DNA of 64,000 nt from Octopus sinensis (Eukaryota), in assembly GCF_006345805.1 (NCBI RefSeq), contig NC_043000.1, positions 118,048,001 to 118,112,000 of the forward strand, in the 5' to 3' direction. Below, one piece after another: positions 39,283 to 52,430 of the stretch; position 1 is the first letter of the stretch, and the number at the start of each line of letters is the position of its first letter. The position numbers were made by a program, and so were the translations under genes. The notes beneath the pieces were generated by a model. The model was not told the DNA's origin. It did not search any database and saw only the letters and a program-made list of their open reading frames with translations.

Positions 39283-39605
39283 TGAAGGCGCATGGTTTAG
39301 TGGTTAGGGTATTCGGCTCACGATCTTAGAGTCACGAGTTCGATTCACGGCATGGCGTCCTATCCTTGAGCAAGACACATTATTGCACCTTGCTCCAGTC
39401 CACTCAGCAAAAATGAGTAGTACCTGTATTTCAACGGGTGCCAGCCTCGTCTCACTCTTTGTCGCGCTGAATCTCCGTGAGAACCACGTTAAGGATGCAT
39501 GTGTCTATGGAGTGCTCAGTCGCTTGCAGGCTAATCTCACGAGCGAGCTCTTTTGTTGATTGGATCAACTGGAATCCTCGTCGTCGTACCCGTCGGAGTA
39601 CCAGT
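39283..39605 (+). mobile_element. Older SINE related to family C, with a different central segment
   Basis: tRNA-like head, then ccttgagcaagacac...ttgctccagtccactcagc, then a family C-like tail. Confidence 0.75.
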
Positions 39606-39752
39606 TATATATATATATTATGGATATAGGGTAAAATAGTTATTGATTTATAATTAATAAATTTCACCAAGTAATTTCGGTATGGAAAGGAACCATATTC
39701 GGTAAAAACTGATACAAGAAGTTTTATATATAATTATAACAATAATTAAGAG

Positions 39753-39917
39753 TTTAGCAACGAGTTGCTTAACCACATACCGAAAAATTTAGAAATAGCA
39801 GCCAAAAGACCGCTATTTCTTTTCGCTGGAGTCATATTTTGTAGCGAAAAGAAATAGCGGTCTTTTGGCTGCTATTTCTAAATTTTTCGGTATGTGGTTA
39901 AGCAACTCGTTGTTAAA
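39753..39917. repeat. Near-perfect inverted repeat, 75-bp arms and 15-nt loop
   Basis: 39753-39827 pairs with 39843-39917 with a single G-T wobble. Confidence 0.95.
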
Positions 39918-39936
39918 CCATTAATTATATATACAT

Positions 39937-40140
39937 AAACTTAGATAAACTTAGATATGCTTCGACCAGAGATTGGTCCAGGCCATGTCTAACTTAATAG
40001 CACCACCTGATAGGATTATTCGAATCCTGTTTAAGTCAAGTTTTGTTCAAATAGTGAGTTCTTGTTGGGTGAGTTGTATCCAGTTTTGTTCAAGTAGTGA
40101 GTTCTTGTTGGGTGAGTTGTATCCAATTATGGGTGGCTTA
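39937..40140 (-). mobile_element. CR1-type LINE 3' end with an internal 43-bp tandem duplication
   Basis: Matches 49790-49945 and has an (atctaagttt)n tail. 40039-40081 and 40082-40124 are duplicates with one mismatch. Confidence 0.75.
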
Positions 40141-40150
40141 TCTGGTATTC

Positions 40151-40240
<90 letters not shown>

Positions 40241-41449
40241 CACACACATACACAGACCTGCGCGCACGCACATACCCACATATACCTCCTCTTGCACTCT
40301 CGGTATTTTTCCGCCAAGGTTCAATTTGCCTTTCATTCTTATGGGTTCGATGAAATAAGTAACTACCTTGCCCCAAAATTGCTGCTCTTGTGCCAAAATT
40401 TGAAATCAATAGTTTAGGGATTGTGAACCTTTTTAGATATGATAATGGAAGGGAATGTTTTGTGACTATCAGCAAGTAGAATGATGTTAAAAATGGGTGC
40501 AACATTTCTTATGATAAATTGTTAAATTTTTGTATAGAACAATACATAGACAGAACAACAAACAACCACTAAAAATTAATCATTGTAACTCCGGATTCAG
40601 CGAAAGTTTCCTGGTAATTATTTGTTAAGAAAATAACTTATATTAGAGAGCTATACGGAAATTTCTGTAAGTTCCATAAAAATAGATTTTCTTCTATTTC
40701 TGGAGGGTCATTATGTCAATAATCAACACATGCACAGGTTCTGCTTCACTTATTTTATTATTCTTCGCCAATTAGTCATTTAACTAATTAACTAATCAAG
40801 TTTTTGATAAATCGTTCGGTCAATCATTCTGCTACGTTTGTCATAGACCTATAGTCTCTCGACTCCATTCACGACCTCATCAATGACAAACTCTGCTTCA
40901 AGTCTACCTGTCGATCTCCTAGTTTACAGGAGATACGAGAAAATCTTTTTCAACACACGAGATCACCTAAAAAATAGGAGATAAATTAATAACAATATAT
41001 ATATAGCAATGAATAGTAATTTATGAAACCGCGATATGCTTGAATCTCTTTAATAATCTCACAATAATGACTTTTATTACTTTCATTCCTACCTCAGTTC
41101 ATCTAATTGTATTTATCTTTCGTTACTTTTCATAAAAAGCCTTTACTTTTTTTATTTACAATGTGCATTTTCGTTGATTTTTCTTACTCCCCCCCCCCAT
41201 ATATATATATATACACATATATATATATATACATATACAAACATACATATTTCTGCTTTATATGACTATAAAAACAGTGGAAACAAAAGCCAATTGTTGA
41301 GTGAATTTACTGTTTGTAACATGTGTGCAGACTACTTTCAAAGTTGTAAAGGAAATTTTAAATTGATAACCCCTAATTCAGAACCATCTTGAGCATTAAC
41401 GAAGATAATGGCGTTTCTAATAATTTTATTTCTTCTCTCCATATAACAT

Positions 41450-41450
41450 A

Positions 41451-41503
<53 letters not shown>

Positions 41504-41900
41504 TGTGTACGTGTGTGTGCGTATCTGCGTGTGTGTTTGTATCTATCTGTGCATGCAATATATGTGTGTGTGTTTGTATGTATACATATAAATATATATA
41601 TATATGTATATACATATATGTATATATATATATGTATGTGTGTGTATGGGCATATATATATTTATACATATATGTATATATACGTATGTATATATGTATA
41701 TATATATATGTGTATATATATATATATGTGTGTGTATATATATATATACATATATATATGGGTATATACATATATGTGTATATATATATATATATGTGTG
41801 TCTGTGTGTGTGTATGGGTATATATATTTATGCATATATATGTATATATATGTATATATATATATATATATGTGTGTGTATGTGTGTGTTTGTGTGTGTT
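41450..41900. repeat. (TG)n/(TA)n compound microsatellite
   Basis: Direct inspection. Confidence 0.95.
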
Positions 41901-42293
41901 TCAGAACCATATTACCCATGGAAAATATTGATGTATACTGCATATTTTATATTTTGTATATATAAACAGAACACTCATTCATTGTTAGAATGACAGAATC
42001 AGAAGTTATCGTAAACCCGACCTTCGAACTCAACAACATTGTAGATCCACAACATCTGTCGAGCTAGGACCTACCACTGTGAGAAATATATTCCCGCCCG
42101 CCCGCACGCACGCACGCACACACACACACACACACACCACACACACACACACACACACACCACACACACATATTTATATACATTAACATATTCTCATTGA
42201 CATATAGTCATTCATACATAATTATCTTTAATCAAAATACATTATGTTTCATTTTACCTTATCTTGATTACATTATATTTATTTCACTTACAG

Positions 42294-42575
42294 AAAATCT
42301 ACGATTGACTCCGAGTTCCAGAGCTTTCCACGTCTCCTTATCCACCCATCATCCGCATCACCACCAGCATCATCATCAACAGAGTACAGATACCCATTCC
42401 TGCCATTCATTATGTGCATGTCATACGTCTGCGATGGCTGCAGCTGTGGCGGTTGGACCGCAGTATTCCACAGCTGTTTATTCCAGTTTGCACTACCCAG
42501 CCCATGCACTCTCAGCAGTGCATGCTATTCAACCACCTCAGTATCCTATTACATCTTCCACTGACGGTTTACCAG
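42294..42575 (+). CDS. Hlx: Probable Hlx internal exon preceding the homeobox exon (His/Gln-rich, 94 codons)
   Basis: Acceptor ttatttcacttacAG| and donor CCAG|GTAAGT. 282 bp, open frame NLRLTPSSRAFHVSLSTHHPHHHQHHHQQSTDTHSCHSLCACHTSAMAAAVAVGPQYSTAVYSSLHYPAHALSAVHAIQPPQYPITSSTDGLP. The terminal G joins GT at 61014 to give LPG|PYS, matching the vertebrate FPG|PYA junction. Assignment to Hlx rests on phase and junction, not on sequence conservation. Confidence 0.78.
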
Positions 42576-42625
42576 GTAAGTCCAACGCCTACTTTAAACC
42601 TTTAGCATTGAATCTAGTCATATAT

Positions 42626-42893
42626 AGGCGCAGGAGTGGCTGTGTGGTAAGTAGCTTGCTTACGACCCACATGGTTCCAGGTTCAGTCCCACTGCGTGGC
42701 ACTTTGGGCAAGTGTCGACCAAAGCCTTGTGAGTAGATTTGGTAGACGGAAACTGAAAGAAACCCGTCGTATATATGTAAACATGGTTCTAGGTTCAGTC
42801 CTACTGCGTGGCACCTTGGACAAGTGCTGACCAAAGCCTTGTAGGTGGATTTGTTAGACGGAAACTGAAAGAAGCCCGTCGTATATATATATA

Positions 42894-42947
<54 letters not shown>

Positions 42948-43215
42948 TATGTATGTATGTATGTAGTATGTATGTATATATGTATGTATGTATGTGTGAG
43001 TATATGTTTATGTGTCTGTGTTTGTCCCCCACCCAACATCGCTTGACAACTGATGCTGGTGTATTTATGTCCCCGTAACTTAGCGGTTTGGCAAAAGAGA
43101 CCAATAGAATAAGTACTAGGCTTACAAAGAATAAGTCCTGGGGTCGATTTGCTCGACTAAAAGGCGGTGCTTCAGCATGGCCACATGACTGAAACAAGTA
43201 AAATAGTTAAAGAGT
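42626..43215 (+). mobile_element. SINE family A with a duplicated CORE-like segment
   Basis: Segments ~42666-42775 and ~42781-42885 are tandem copies sharing the same internal deletion. Confidence 0.88.
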
Positions 43216-43302
43216 ATATCCGGACAAATATTCTATTTGTTTTATGTACAATCTGACCAATTTCAACGTTTTGTACCAACCCTGTTATGTTATTCTAAAA
43301 GT

Positions 43303-43690
43303 GTGGAGGCGCAATGACCCAGTGGTTAGGGCAGCGGATTCGCGGTCGTAGGATCGCGATTTCGATTCCCAGACCGGGCGTTGTGAGTGTTTATTGAGCG
43401 AAAACACCTAAAGCTCCACGAGGCTCCGGCAGAGGATGGTGGTGATCCCTGCTGTACTCTTTCACCACAACTTTCTCTCACTCTTACTTCCTGTTTCTGT
43501 TGTACCTGTATTTCAAAGGGCCGGCCTTGTCACTCTCTGTGTCACGCTGAATATCCCCGAGAACTACATTAAGGGTACACGTGTCTGTGGGGTGCTCAGC
43601 CACTTACACGTTAATTTCACGAGCAGGCTGTTCCGTTGATCGGATCAACCGGAACCCTCATCGCCGTAACCGACGGAGTGCTTCCATTCC
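43303..43690 (+). mobile_element. SINE family C, full length and young
   Basis: TSD ATTCTAAAAGT at 43292-43302 and 43691-43701, with a (TTCCA) tail. Differs from 51561-51941 at only a handful of positions. Confidence 0.93.
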
Positions 43691-46619
43691 ATTCTAAAAG
43701 TATACGAACACGCCATTGAAATTTCAAAGCTACAAGAGAATGCGTGATTAATTCTAAACAAAGTGAATAAATCAGGAGTGCATTTGAGAAAGAGATCTGA
43801 ATGCTAAAAGGTCAAATTTATTAGTTTTTACTCCAGTGATTCCTGGTAGTGTTGAAACAAAGCTTTGTACATGGTTCCTACACGTTTATAAATTATAATT
43901 TAAGGCATAGAGCTGGCAGAATCGCTTGCGTGCCGGGTTAAATGCTTACCGTTATTTCGACCGTCATTACGTTCTTATTTCAAACCCCACCGAGGTCGAC
44001 TTTGCCGTTTTTCCTTTTGTGGGGTCAATTAAAATAATTACCAGTTGAGCATTGGAGTTGATGTAATTGACTGGTCCCCCACCCGAAGTTGCTGATTTGA
44101 AACCAACAATTCAAGGCGGCAGAATCTTCATCTAAGTGGCTGTAGTGTTGTACTCACGATTGCAAGATCATGGTTTCGAATATCAGAACGGGCGATGCGT
44201 TATCTCCATGAGCAAAACACTGCATTTCATGTTGCTCCAGTCCACTCAGCTGTAAATGAGTAACCCTGAGACGGACAGGTGTCCCGTTCTAGGGAATTTT
44301 TTTTTTATCTCGTTCATCTATACGCCATGGAAACCGGATCACTGTCCTATGTATCCAAGGGCTTCGAACAGTACTTTACTTTTCTCAGGAAGCTAGTTTG
44401 TAAAATGTCTTAAGCTATGAGGTACCCACATCATTTTTAGATATTTTACAAACTAGCTTGCTGAGAAAAGTATGGCAAGATACGACCTGGGGCTACGCAA
44501 GTACAAAATCCAAAGGCAAATGCAACGACGTCCCTGAGTAAAAAGAGTTAAGCAGCCTCATTAGATTCTCGATTACAAGACTATTGATTTCCTGACAGAA
44601 AGCATGGACGATACGTTGACTATATTTCTTTATTTACCTATAAAAAGGTTTACATGGAGGGGACGTTACAAGGACAGACAAGGGGCATGTAGGGTACAAA
44701 CACGCTTCTTATATACAAGATGAAAAGACAGATGGATTTACATATACGGATGGGGGTTAAAAATATACGTGATGATTGGATGGAATTTGGGTTCCGGGTT
44801 AGTGAATTAACTCGCCGATTGGTTATCCCTTTTGGTCATCTTTTTCCTTTCTTTTATGCTCCGCACCGACCGTGCAAGCACAGCCTCGTGCAGCCTCATC
44901 TTTCGATACGCCGAATATAGCCATGCGCTAATCTGAAACATTATTTGTGCGTAAGAAGCAATTATTTCTCCTGCCTTGTGGCCAGCAACATAATGTAGTT
45001 GTAAGTTGTCAACGAAACGATTACTCGATCCAGTTTCGGTTACATTTGGTAGAATTTTCGTTGGCAATGTCTTTCAATTTCTTGCTTCTTGTCTCCTATT
45101 ATCTCGATGCTCATCTCTTGAAGTAATTCTTATTTCTCATATTCCCAATTACATTTTACATCTTAGCTTATACAAAATTATTTCCACTCGTTTGGAAGTT
45201 GAAAATGCACTTATCTAAATCTTACACGACTTATGTAAAGATATATTTTAACTTCTTGCTATTATTGAAATGGACTTGATATCATTATTTCTCTTTTGTC
45301 ACACTTTCGTCAAATTAATTGAATTACTTGTTACAACCTATTTGTCTAATGAAATAATTATAACTGACAACTAAACAGAAAGAACTATTCAAAAGAAAAT
45401 TCCACCATCGGCATAAGCATGACTGAGTGGTTAAGAATCTCGCTCGCAGCCGCATGGTTTTGAGTTCAGTCCCTTTGAGCGGCATCTTATGCAAATGTTT
45501 TTATACTATAGCCCCGGACCAACCGATACCCTGTGAGTAAAATTGGTTGGTAGAAACTAATGTGCGCATGTGTGTGTGTTTGCGTCTGTATGTGTGCCTT
45601 GCGAGTGGATTAGTCCTTTCACCGCTTTACAACCAGTATTTGTTTATTTGCATCCTCGTAACTTAGTGGTCTTGGCAAAAGAGACCGATAAAGTACCAGA
45701 CTTAAAAGAAAATAATTGATGTGCTTGATTTGTCCGACTAAACCCTTCAATGCGGTTCCCTAGCATTGCCACAGCCCAATGGCTGAAACAAGTTAAAGTT
45801 AAAAGATAAACAGTGACCTCAAAGAACTTTTCCATCGATGAAACTTTTAGTAGTTTCAGCAGATAAATGGTATATCTTTTATTATTTACTTGTTTCAATC
45901 ATTTAGACTGCGGCCATGCTGGAGTTCCGTCTTGAAGGGTTTCAGTCCAACGAATCGAACCTAGTACTTGTTTTTTGTTGTTTTTTTTTTTAAGCTTGGT
46001 ACTTGTTCTATCATTCTCTTTTGTCGAACCGCTAATGTTACGAGGACAAAAAAACAGGAACACTGGCTGTCAAGCGGTGGCATGGGTCACAAACACACAC
46101 ACATACACACACATACATACAAACATACATACATACGTACATACATACATGCATACATACATGCATACATACATGCATACATACATACATATGTGTAGTA
46201 AGAAACTTGCTTCCCAACCACATAGTTCCGGGTTCAAACCCACTGCGTGGCAACTTGGGCAAGTGTCTTCTACCATAGTCTCGTGCCCACCAAACCCTTG
46301 TGAGTGGATTTGGTCTTTTGTTTTCGTCTTTTGTTTTCCATAAATATATATAAATGTGTGTGTGTGTGTGTGTATGTGTGTGTGTGTGTGTGTGCGCGTA
46401 TACGACGGGCTTCTTTCAGATCCGTCTACCAAATTCCCTCACAAGGCTTTGTTCAGAGCGTGGCTATAGCATAAGACACTTACCTAAGGAGGTATAAGGT
46501 GGGACTGAACCCGGGGCCATGTGGTTAGGAAGCAAACTTCTTATCACACAGCCACATCTGCGCTTATATTAGCCGAATGGTTAAGAGGTTCCTTTTGCAA
46601 TCACGAGAATCCAGCTTTG

Positions 46620-47430
46620 TCCCCACTTTTCTTTATTAGCTGGGCCTGACAGAATCCATAGCCCTTGGTGACCTCTCGACACTGGTGATATTAATGTCGT
46701 TAATATTCCGTTTAAACCGTTGCAGGAAAACTCCTACAGGAAAGACATGAGCAGAGAGAAAATTCCAGAAATCAGATGTCGTGGGGAAGAAGGATTGGGA
46801 AGATGTTAGTGCAGAGAAAGAGGAGAGGGGTTGAACGCATCAAGGATGATGAGGGGTAGTGAGCTGGATGGGTTAGGGTCACCTGAGTGGTAAATGTACA
46901 AGACCAGCCAACTCCAAGAAGCAGAGGCTCTTATAACAGTGATAGAAAAGACAGAAAGGAGACAGTAGGATTGTGGGCTGTAGGCTAGAGTTTTTCTGTA
47001 GTGGAATGCTAATCAACCGAGTGACCATCTTTGGATGCAACCCAAGATGTTAGCGTACACAATCGCAGCTTCATCCCTGATATGAGTGTAGAGTTTAATT
47101 ATGATAGTGACAGAAAAGACAGGAGACTGTACGCCTATGGATTAAAGCGTAGAATTTTTATATGATGATCTGTTAATAACCGTCTGGGCCTATTCTGAGG
47201 AATTTCAACCGTGTTTCGTGGTCTGCTACCACAACAGCTCCTTTATAGGATCCAGTTAGCTCAAGACATCATCAGGAGGAACCACGTCCGGTTTCGGCCC
47301 CTACTCCTCTACCGTTTTGACGTGGCGCCCCGCCTTTGGAGGTGTCTTCAGCTCTGGTGTTGGGTGCATGTCTTCTTTCTTCTTCTTTCTTCTGTTCCCT
47401 GGTCTCTTCGACATAGTGTCAACGAGTGAC
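46620..47430 (-). mobile_element. Decayed LINE 5' region and AP-endonuclease remnant (L2/CR1-like)
   Basis: Minus-strand SLPLIILDAFN resembles the xILLGDFN endonuclease motif. A short basic ORF, MSKRPGNRRKKKKED, lies upstream. Confidence 0.45.
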
Positions 47431-47939
47431 AGCGGGCGATTGACTGTCTTGGCAAATTTCCCTTTAAATACCTGCTGTTAGGCTCCAGCAGGCAGCCCCA
47501 GCAAGTTGTCACGTGACACTCTCTCAACTTTAACTGACCAATGAAGGCGCGTAGTTTTTCTTTAAGCTATCGAAGATGTGAATGTTCACAGTAGTAACCC
47601 CAACCTACTCGAGCCATGTAGAGTGTCAGCAGCTGTTGAGGACTGGAATATCTTCTGGCCCTAAACAGAAAGTCTAGTCTTTGGACGCATCACACCACCA
47701 CCGCCTCCGTTCAGCCGCTTTCCCATCTAGCCCCTAACTCCTTTATGTTCCAACCATCTTTTCTTATTTTTGTCTTTTGTTTTTATTTTTCCAATTCCTT
47801 TTCTCATAGCGTTTATTGTTTTCTTATTAAGGACTAGCGCCCAAAACGTCAACACTCTTTCCCTTCTTTTTAAGTGTTAAACTAACACATTTGTTAAAAC
47901 TTGTTCCCGTGTCCTTTTTGTGTTGCCTAAGACACACAC

Positions 47940-48167
47940 ACACAAATAAATACATACATGCATACATAAATACATTTGTACGTAAATATGAATATATATA
48001 CATACATATATACATATATACACACACACATATATATATATACATATATATACACACATATATATACATATATATGCATATACATATATATACATAAATA
48101 TATATATATATATACATATACATACATATACATACATATACATATATATATACATACATATACATAA

Positions 48168-48206
<39 letters not shown>

Positions 48207-48525
48207 CATATACATAAACATACATATATACATACATATATGTATACATACATATACATACATATAATAAATACATATATATACATATATATATATATAC
48301 ATACATATACATACATATATATATATATATATACATACATATACATATATATACATATATATTACATATATATACACACACACATATATATATATAAACA
48401 TACATATACATACATATATGATATATATATGATATATATGTATATGATATATATATATATATATATATAATATATATATATAATATATATGATATGATAT
48501 ATATGTATATGATATATATATACCA
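47940..48525. repeat. (TA)n/(TACA)n compound microsatellite
   Basis: Direct inspection. Confidence 0.95.
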
Positions 48526-49231
48526 CAGCCTCCGTGTCACCTTCCTAAACTTTGCCTATTATAATCTATAATCCAAAGGCGGAGATGGAGTTTTACACTG
48601 AGATTATAAGCAAATTAAACTCAAGAGATCTATTTGTCATCTCAGCCAAAGAACCACAGCAAGTAACAATACAACAAAGATACAAAATAAATAACTTCCG
48701 TGTCTCCTATCTAAAATTCGCCGATCAAATTTCTCCTCACCGTCTGGCTGATAAACTAACGTTGATTTGTTTCAAATGCTGTCGTTCGTTTTCTTTTCGT
48801 GAAAACTCGCGCTTTTGTCTTATCTGTGTTTTTCAACAACAACAAGGGTAAATGAGAGAGTGGGGAGGAGGAGGGAGAGAGAGAGGAAGAGAAAGGAGGA
48901 GCTGAGAGAGAAGCCGAAGTAAAGATTTATAGAAGAAACAGGGGTGTGATGGGAGAGAGAGGGTGAGAGAGAATAGGGTAGCATAAAGTAAAGAGAATAA
49001 CGAATTAACGAAAAAGAAACTCGTGTTCAAAGTATTTGTTGATGTATCTGTGAAACAGACGAATATTGAGAGTAGGAATAGACACACACACACACATATA
49101 CATGCGTGTGTGTGTGTGGAGAGAGAGAGAGAGAGAAAGAGAAAGAGAGCGAAAACGACAATATATGATTATGCTTTGATTATTTGAATGATGATAATTT
49201 ACCTGATTAGTCATATGTTGTGAAAATATAA

Positions 49232-49269
<38 letters not shown>

Positions 49270-49729
49270 TATATATATATATATAAAATGGCGGTGCCCC
49301 AGCATGGCCACAGCTCATAGGCTGAAACTAGAATCAATCAATCAATCAATCATATGTGTGTGTGTGTGTAACTTATAAAACAAGAGCAAAAGAAAAAAAT
49401 TCTAATGCCAAATATGCCGAAAATAGACAAATAGTCAATAACCATTATAATTTATCACTATTAACATGCGTCTCGAAAGAAGCCGACAGAAATTTTTTTT
49501 AAATTCCGTTTTTACTGTATTGGTCCCAATTTCAGAGTTAATTCATAAGAATTTTCTCATGAAAAGTTAAAGGCAGCAGAATTTGGTATGGTATTATCAA
49601 ATGGGGTGATTATAATCAAAATAAGCAACAAGGATATCCAACGTAGTGTAGTACAATCGTTTCATGCTACTTCATTTAATTAAACACTGTAAGTATTACA
49701 TCAGTTTTAAAATGTAGAGCACTTATATA

Positions 49730-49945
49730 TAGGATCCCATCAACTTCAAACGGAGTCTGGACAGAATTCTTCAAGGAATACCGGATAAGCCACCCATACC
49801 TGGATACAACTCTATCAACAACTCACTACTTGAATGGACCATAAACAAAATTTGACTTAAAAAGGATTTAGATAATCCTATCCGGTGGTACTATTAAGTT
49901 AGACATAGACTGGACCAATCTTTGGTCGAAACATATCTAAGTTTA
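49730..49945 (+). mobile_element. CR1-type LINE 3' end
   Basis: DPINFKRSLDRILQGIPDKPPIPGYNSINNSLLEW, followed by the 3' UTR shared with the copies at 12858 and 39937. Confidence 0.78.
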
Positions 49946-49959
49946 TATATATATATATA

Positions 49960-50059
49960 NNNNNNNNNNNNNNNNNNNNNNNNNNNNNNNNNNNNNNNNN
50001 NNNNNNNNNNNNNNNNNNNNNNNNNNNNNNNNNNNNNNNNNNNNNNNNNNNNNNNNNNN
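49960..50059. other. Assembly gap (100 N) following a (TA)n tract
   Basis: Direct inspection. A round 100 N usually marks a gap of unknown size. Confidence 0.99.
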
Positions 50060-50142
50060 TGATGCTTGTCTGGGTAGTGAAAATATATAAGATGCTTTTT
50101 AAAGAACGTAGCACGTCCATGAATTAGAAAATCTCTCTAAAG

Positions 50143-50466
50143 CAGTGGTTCTCAACCGGGGCCCATGTAAGATTTTATTTTGAAAGCTTATCTGCAAAAA
50201 ATTAGTTCTTTTTTTAGAATACACAAAATATTTTAACAATATTTATTTCTTTATTGCCCACAAGGGGCTAAACATAGAGGGGACAAACAAAGACAGACAA
50301 ACGGATTAAGTCGATTACTTCGACCCCAATACGTAACTGGTACTTTATTTATCGACCCCGACAGGATGAAAGGCAAAGTCGACCTCGGCGGAATTTGAAC
50401 TCAGAACGTAACAGCGGACGAAATACGGCTACGCATTTCACCCGGCGTGTTTGTGTGTGTGTGTGT

Positions 50467-50510
<44 letters not shown>

Positions 50511-50843
50511 TCCCCTCAACATCACATGACAACCGATGCTGGTGTGTTTACGAGCCCGTAACTTAGCGGTTCGGTAAAAGGGTCCGATAGTATACGTACT
50601 AGGCTTACAAAGAATAAGTCCTGGGGTCGATTTGCTCGACTTAAGGCGGTGCTCCAGCATGGCAACAGTCAAATGACTGAAACAATTAAAAGAGTAGTAT
50701 TTTTTACACAATTCTTAATATTAAATTACAAAAATATAATACATCTTTTAAACATCAAAGGGCTTTGCGGGTCCATCCAAATAAAATTTAAATAAAATTT
50801 AAGTAAAAGGGGTCCATAGCTAATAAACGGTGGAGAGGTACAG
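50143..50843. mobile_element. hAT (Charlie-like) MITE with nested SINE B and SINE A pieces
   Basis: Starts CAGTGGTTCTCAAC. 8-bp TSD CTCTAAAG at 50135-50142 and 50844-50851. The right TIR is degenerate. Confidence 0.8.
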
Positions 50844-50960
50844 CTCTAAAGAATAATATGAAAGATAATATTATTTTAAAACATGCAATTGAACTCAAAT
50901 TTTGCTCAATAAAACTCAGCAAATCAATATACGGAAATCAGTTGAGCGATAAATCTGTAG

Positions 50961-51042
50961 TGCCTGGGGAAAGTCATTTTCTTTTTGTGCCTTATAATGT
51001 AACACACAAACCGGTAAAATTTCCACTTATTCTTATTTTTAA

Positions 51043-51092
<50 letters not shown>

Positions 51093-51106
51093 TATTATTA
51101 TTATTA

Positions 51107-51164
<58 letters not shown>

Positions 51165-51325
51165 TTATAATATTATTATTTATTATTTTTTTAAGTGGAA
51201 ATTTACTGGTGAGTGTGTTACATTATAAGGCACAAAAAGAAAATGACTCTCCCCAGACACAACAGAATATGCTTCAACTCACGAACTCATGTAAAGAATC
51301 TTGCAAACCAAATCCAAATCCAAAA
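50961..51325 (+). mobile_element. Repeat family D with a ~68-bp inverted arm separated by (ATT)n
   Basis: 50961-51029 is the reverse complement of 51192-51258 with a few mismatches. Confidence 0.8.
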
Positions 51326-51560
51326 ACGATAGCTAAATCTGTATTCATACAGAAAAGTCACCAAAGAAATATTAGTGTCATTTATAATAGACAAGCATAA
51401 TACAAGAATGTATTGTTTAATAATTAATACGGTAAAATGATGAAAGTAATTGATATTGGCCGATAGTGGAGGTCTGGTTTATTTTCTCGTTCAAGAGACT
51501 TCTTGTGATTGAGTTGAAACTTTCTTTTAGAACATTCACAGAGTTCGTTATAGGAAATGG

Positions 51561-51941
51561 TGGAGGCGCAATGGCCCAGTGGTTAGGGCAGCGGACTCGC
51601 GGTCGTAGGATCGCGGTTTCGATTCCCAGACCGGGCGTTGTGAGTTTTTATTGAGCGAAAAACCTAAAGCTCCACGAGGCTCCGGCAGGGATGGTGGTGA
51701 TCCCTGCTGTACTCTTTCACCACAACTTTCTCTCACTCTTACTTCCTGTTTCTGTTGTACCTGTATCTCAAAGGGCCGGCCTTGTCACTCTCTGTGTCAC
51801 GCTGAATATCCCCGAGAACTACGTTAAGGGTACACGTGTCTGTGGAGTGCTCAGCCACTTACACGTTAATTTCACGAGCAGTCTGTTCCGTTGATCGGAT
51901 CAACCGGAACCCTCGTCGTCGTAACCGATGGAGTGCTTTCA
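51561..51941 (+). mobile_element. SINE family C, full length and young
   Basis: TSD TATAGGAAATGG at 51549-51560 and 51942-51953. A-box tggcccagtgg and B-box-like gtttcgattcc. Confidence 0.93.
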
Positions 51942-52029
51942 TATAGGAAATGGGACGTTTATGTTCTGCTTACAAAGAAAAGTGCAAGAAGTTATGTTGA
52001 GATATTTTGGCCTTGAGATTATATCTAAT

Positions 52030-52104
52030 GTGTGTGCGTGTGCGTGCGTGTATGTGTGTTTGTGTATATGTATTTGTGTGTGTGTGTTTGTGTGTGTTTT
52101 TGTT

Positions 52105-52135
<31 letters not shown>

Positions 52136-52430
52136 TTTGTGTGTGTGTTTGTGTGTATGTATTTGTGTGTATATGTTTGTATGTATGTGTTTGTGTGTGT
52201 ATGTATTTCTGTGTGTGTTTGTGTGTGTGTTCATGTGTATGTTTGTATGTGTGTGTTTGTGTGTGCATGCATTTGTGTGTGTTTTTGTGTATATATTTGT
52301 ATGTCTTTATGTGTTTGTGTGTGTGTATGCATTTGTGTGTTTGTGGGTTTATGTGTGCGTGTTTGTGTGTTTGAGTGTTTATGTGTGTGTTTGTGTGTGT
52401 GTGTGTGTTTGTGTGTGTGTTTGTGTGTGT
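52030..52430. repeat. Degenerate (TG)n/(TTTG)n tract
   Basis: Direct inspection. Confidence 0.93.

Larger units (their letters stand above)
42597..43817. mobile_element. piggyBac-type MITE split by two nested SINEs
   Basis: Degenerate ends ttaaacctttagcattg / gaatgctaaaaggtcaa, consistent with TTAA-CCCTTTAGCATT TIRs. Host sequence resumes at 43215-43302 and 43691-43817. Confidence 0.6.

Noticed and set aside
42197-42736. 179-aa ORF taken as a complete gene
   Set aside because: It starts at a non-ATG codon in intronic sequence and runs on into MITE/SINE sequence. Only 42294-42575, between strong splice sites, looks coding.
43303-43375. tRNA-like heads of SINE families A, B, C and H as tRNA genes
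   Set aside because: A and B boxes are present, but acceptor stems do not close and each head continues into SINE body sequence.
44720-45200. 86-aa minus-strand ORF as a host gene or defined LINE
   Set aside because: It loosely resembles an L1/Tx1 3' end, but no diagnostic motif could be confirmed, so it was left uncalled.
48552-48851. 99-aa non-repetitive ORF as a hidden Hlx exon
   Set aside because: It starts at TTG. The candidate acceptor (48578) and donor (48848) give phases 0 and 2, incompatible with the phase 1-1 intron, and there is no recognisable motif.
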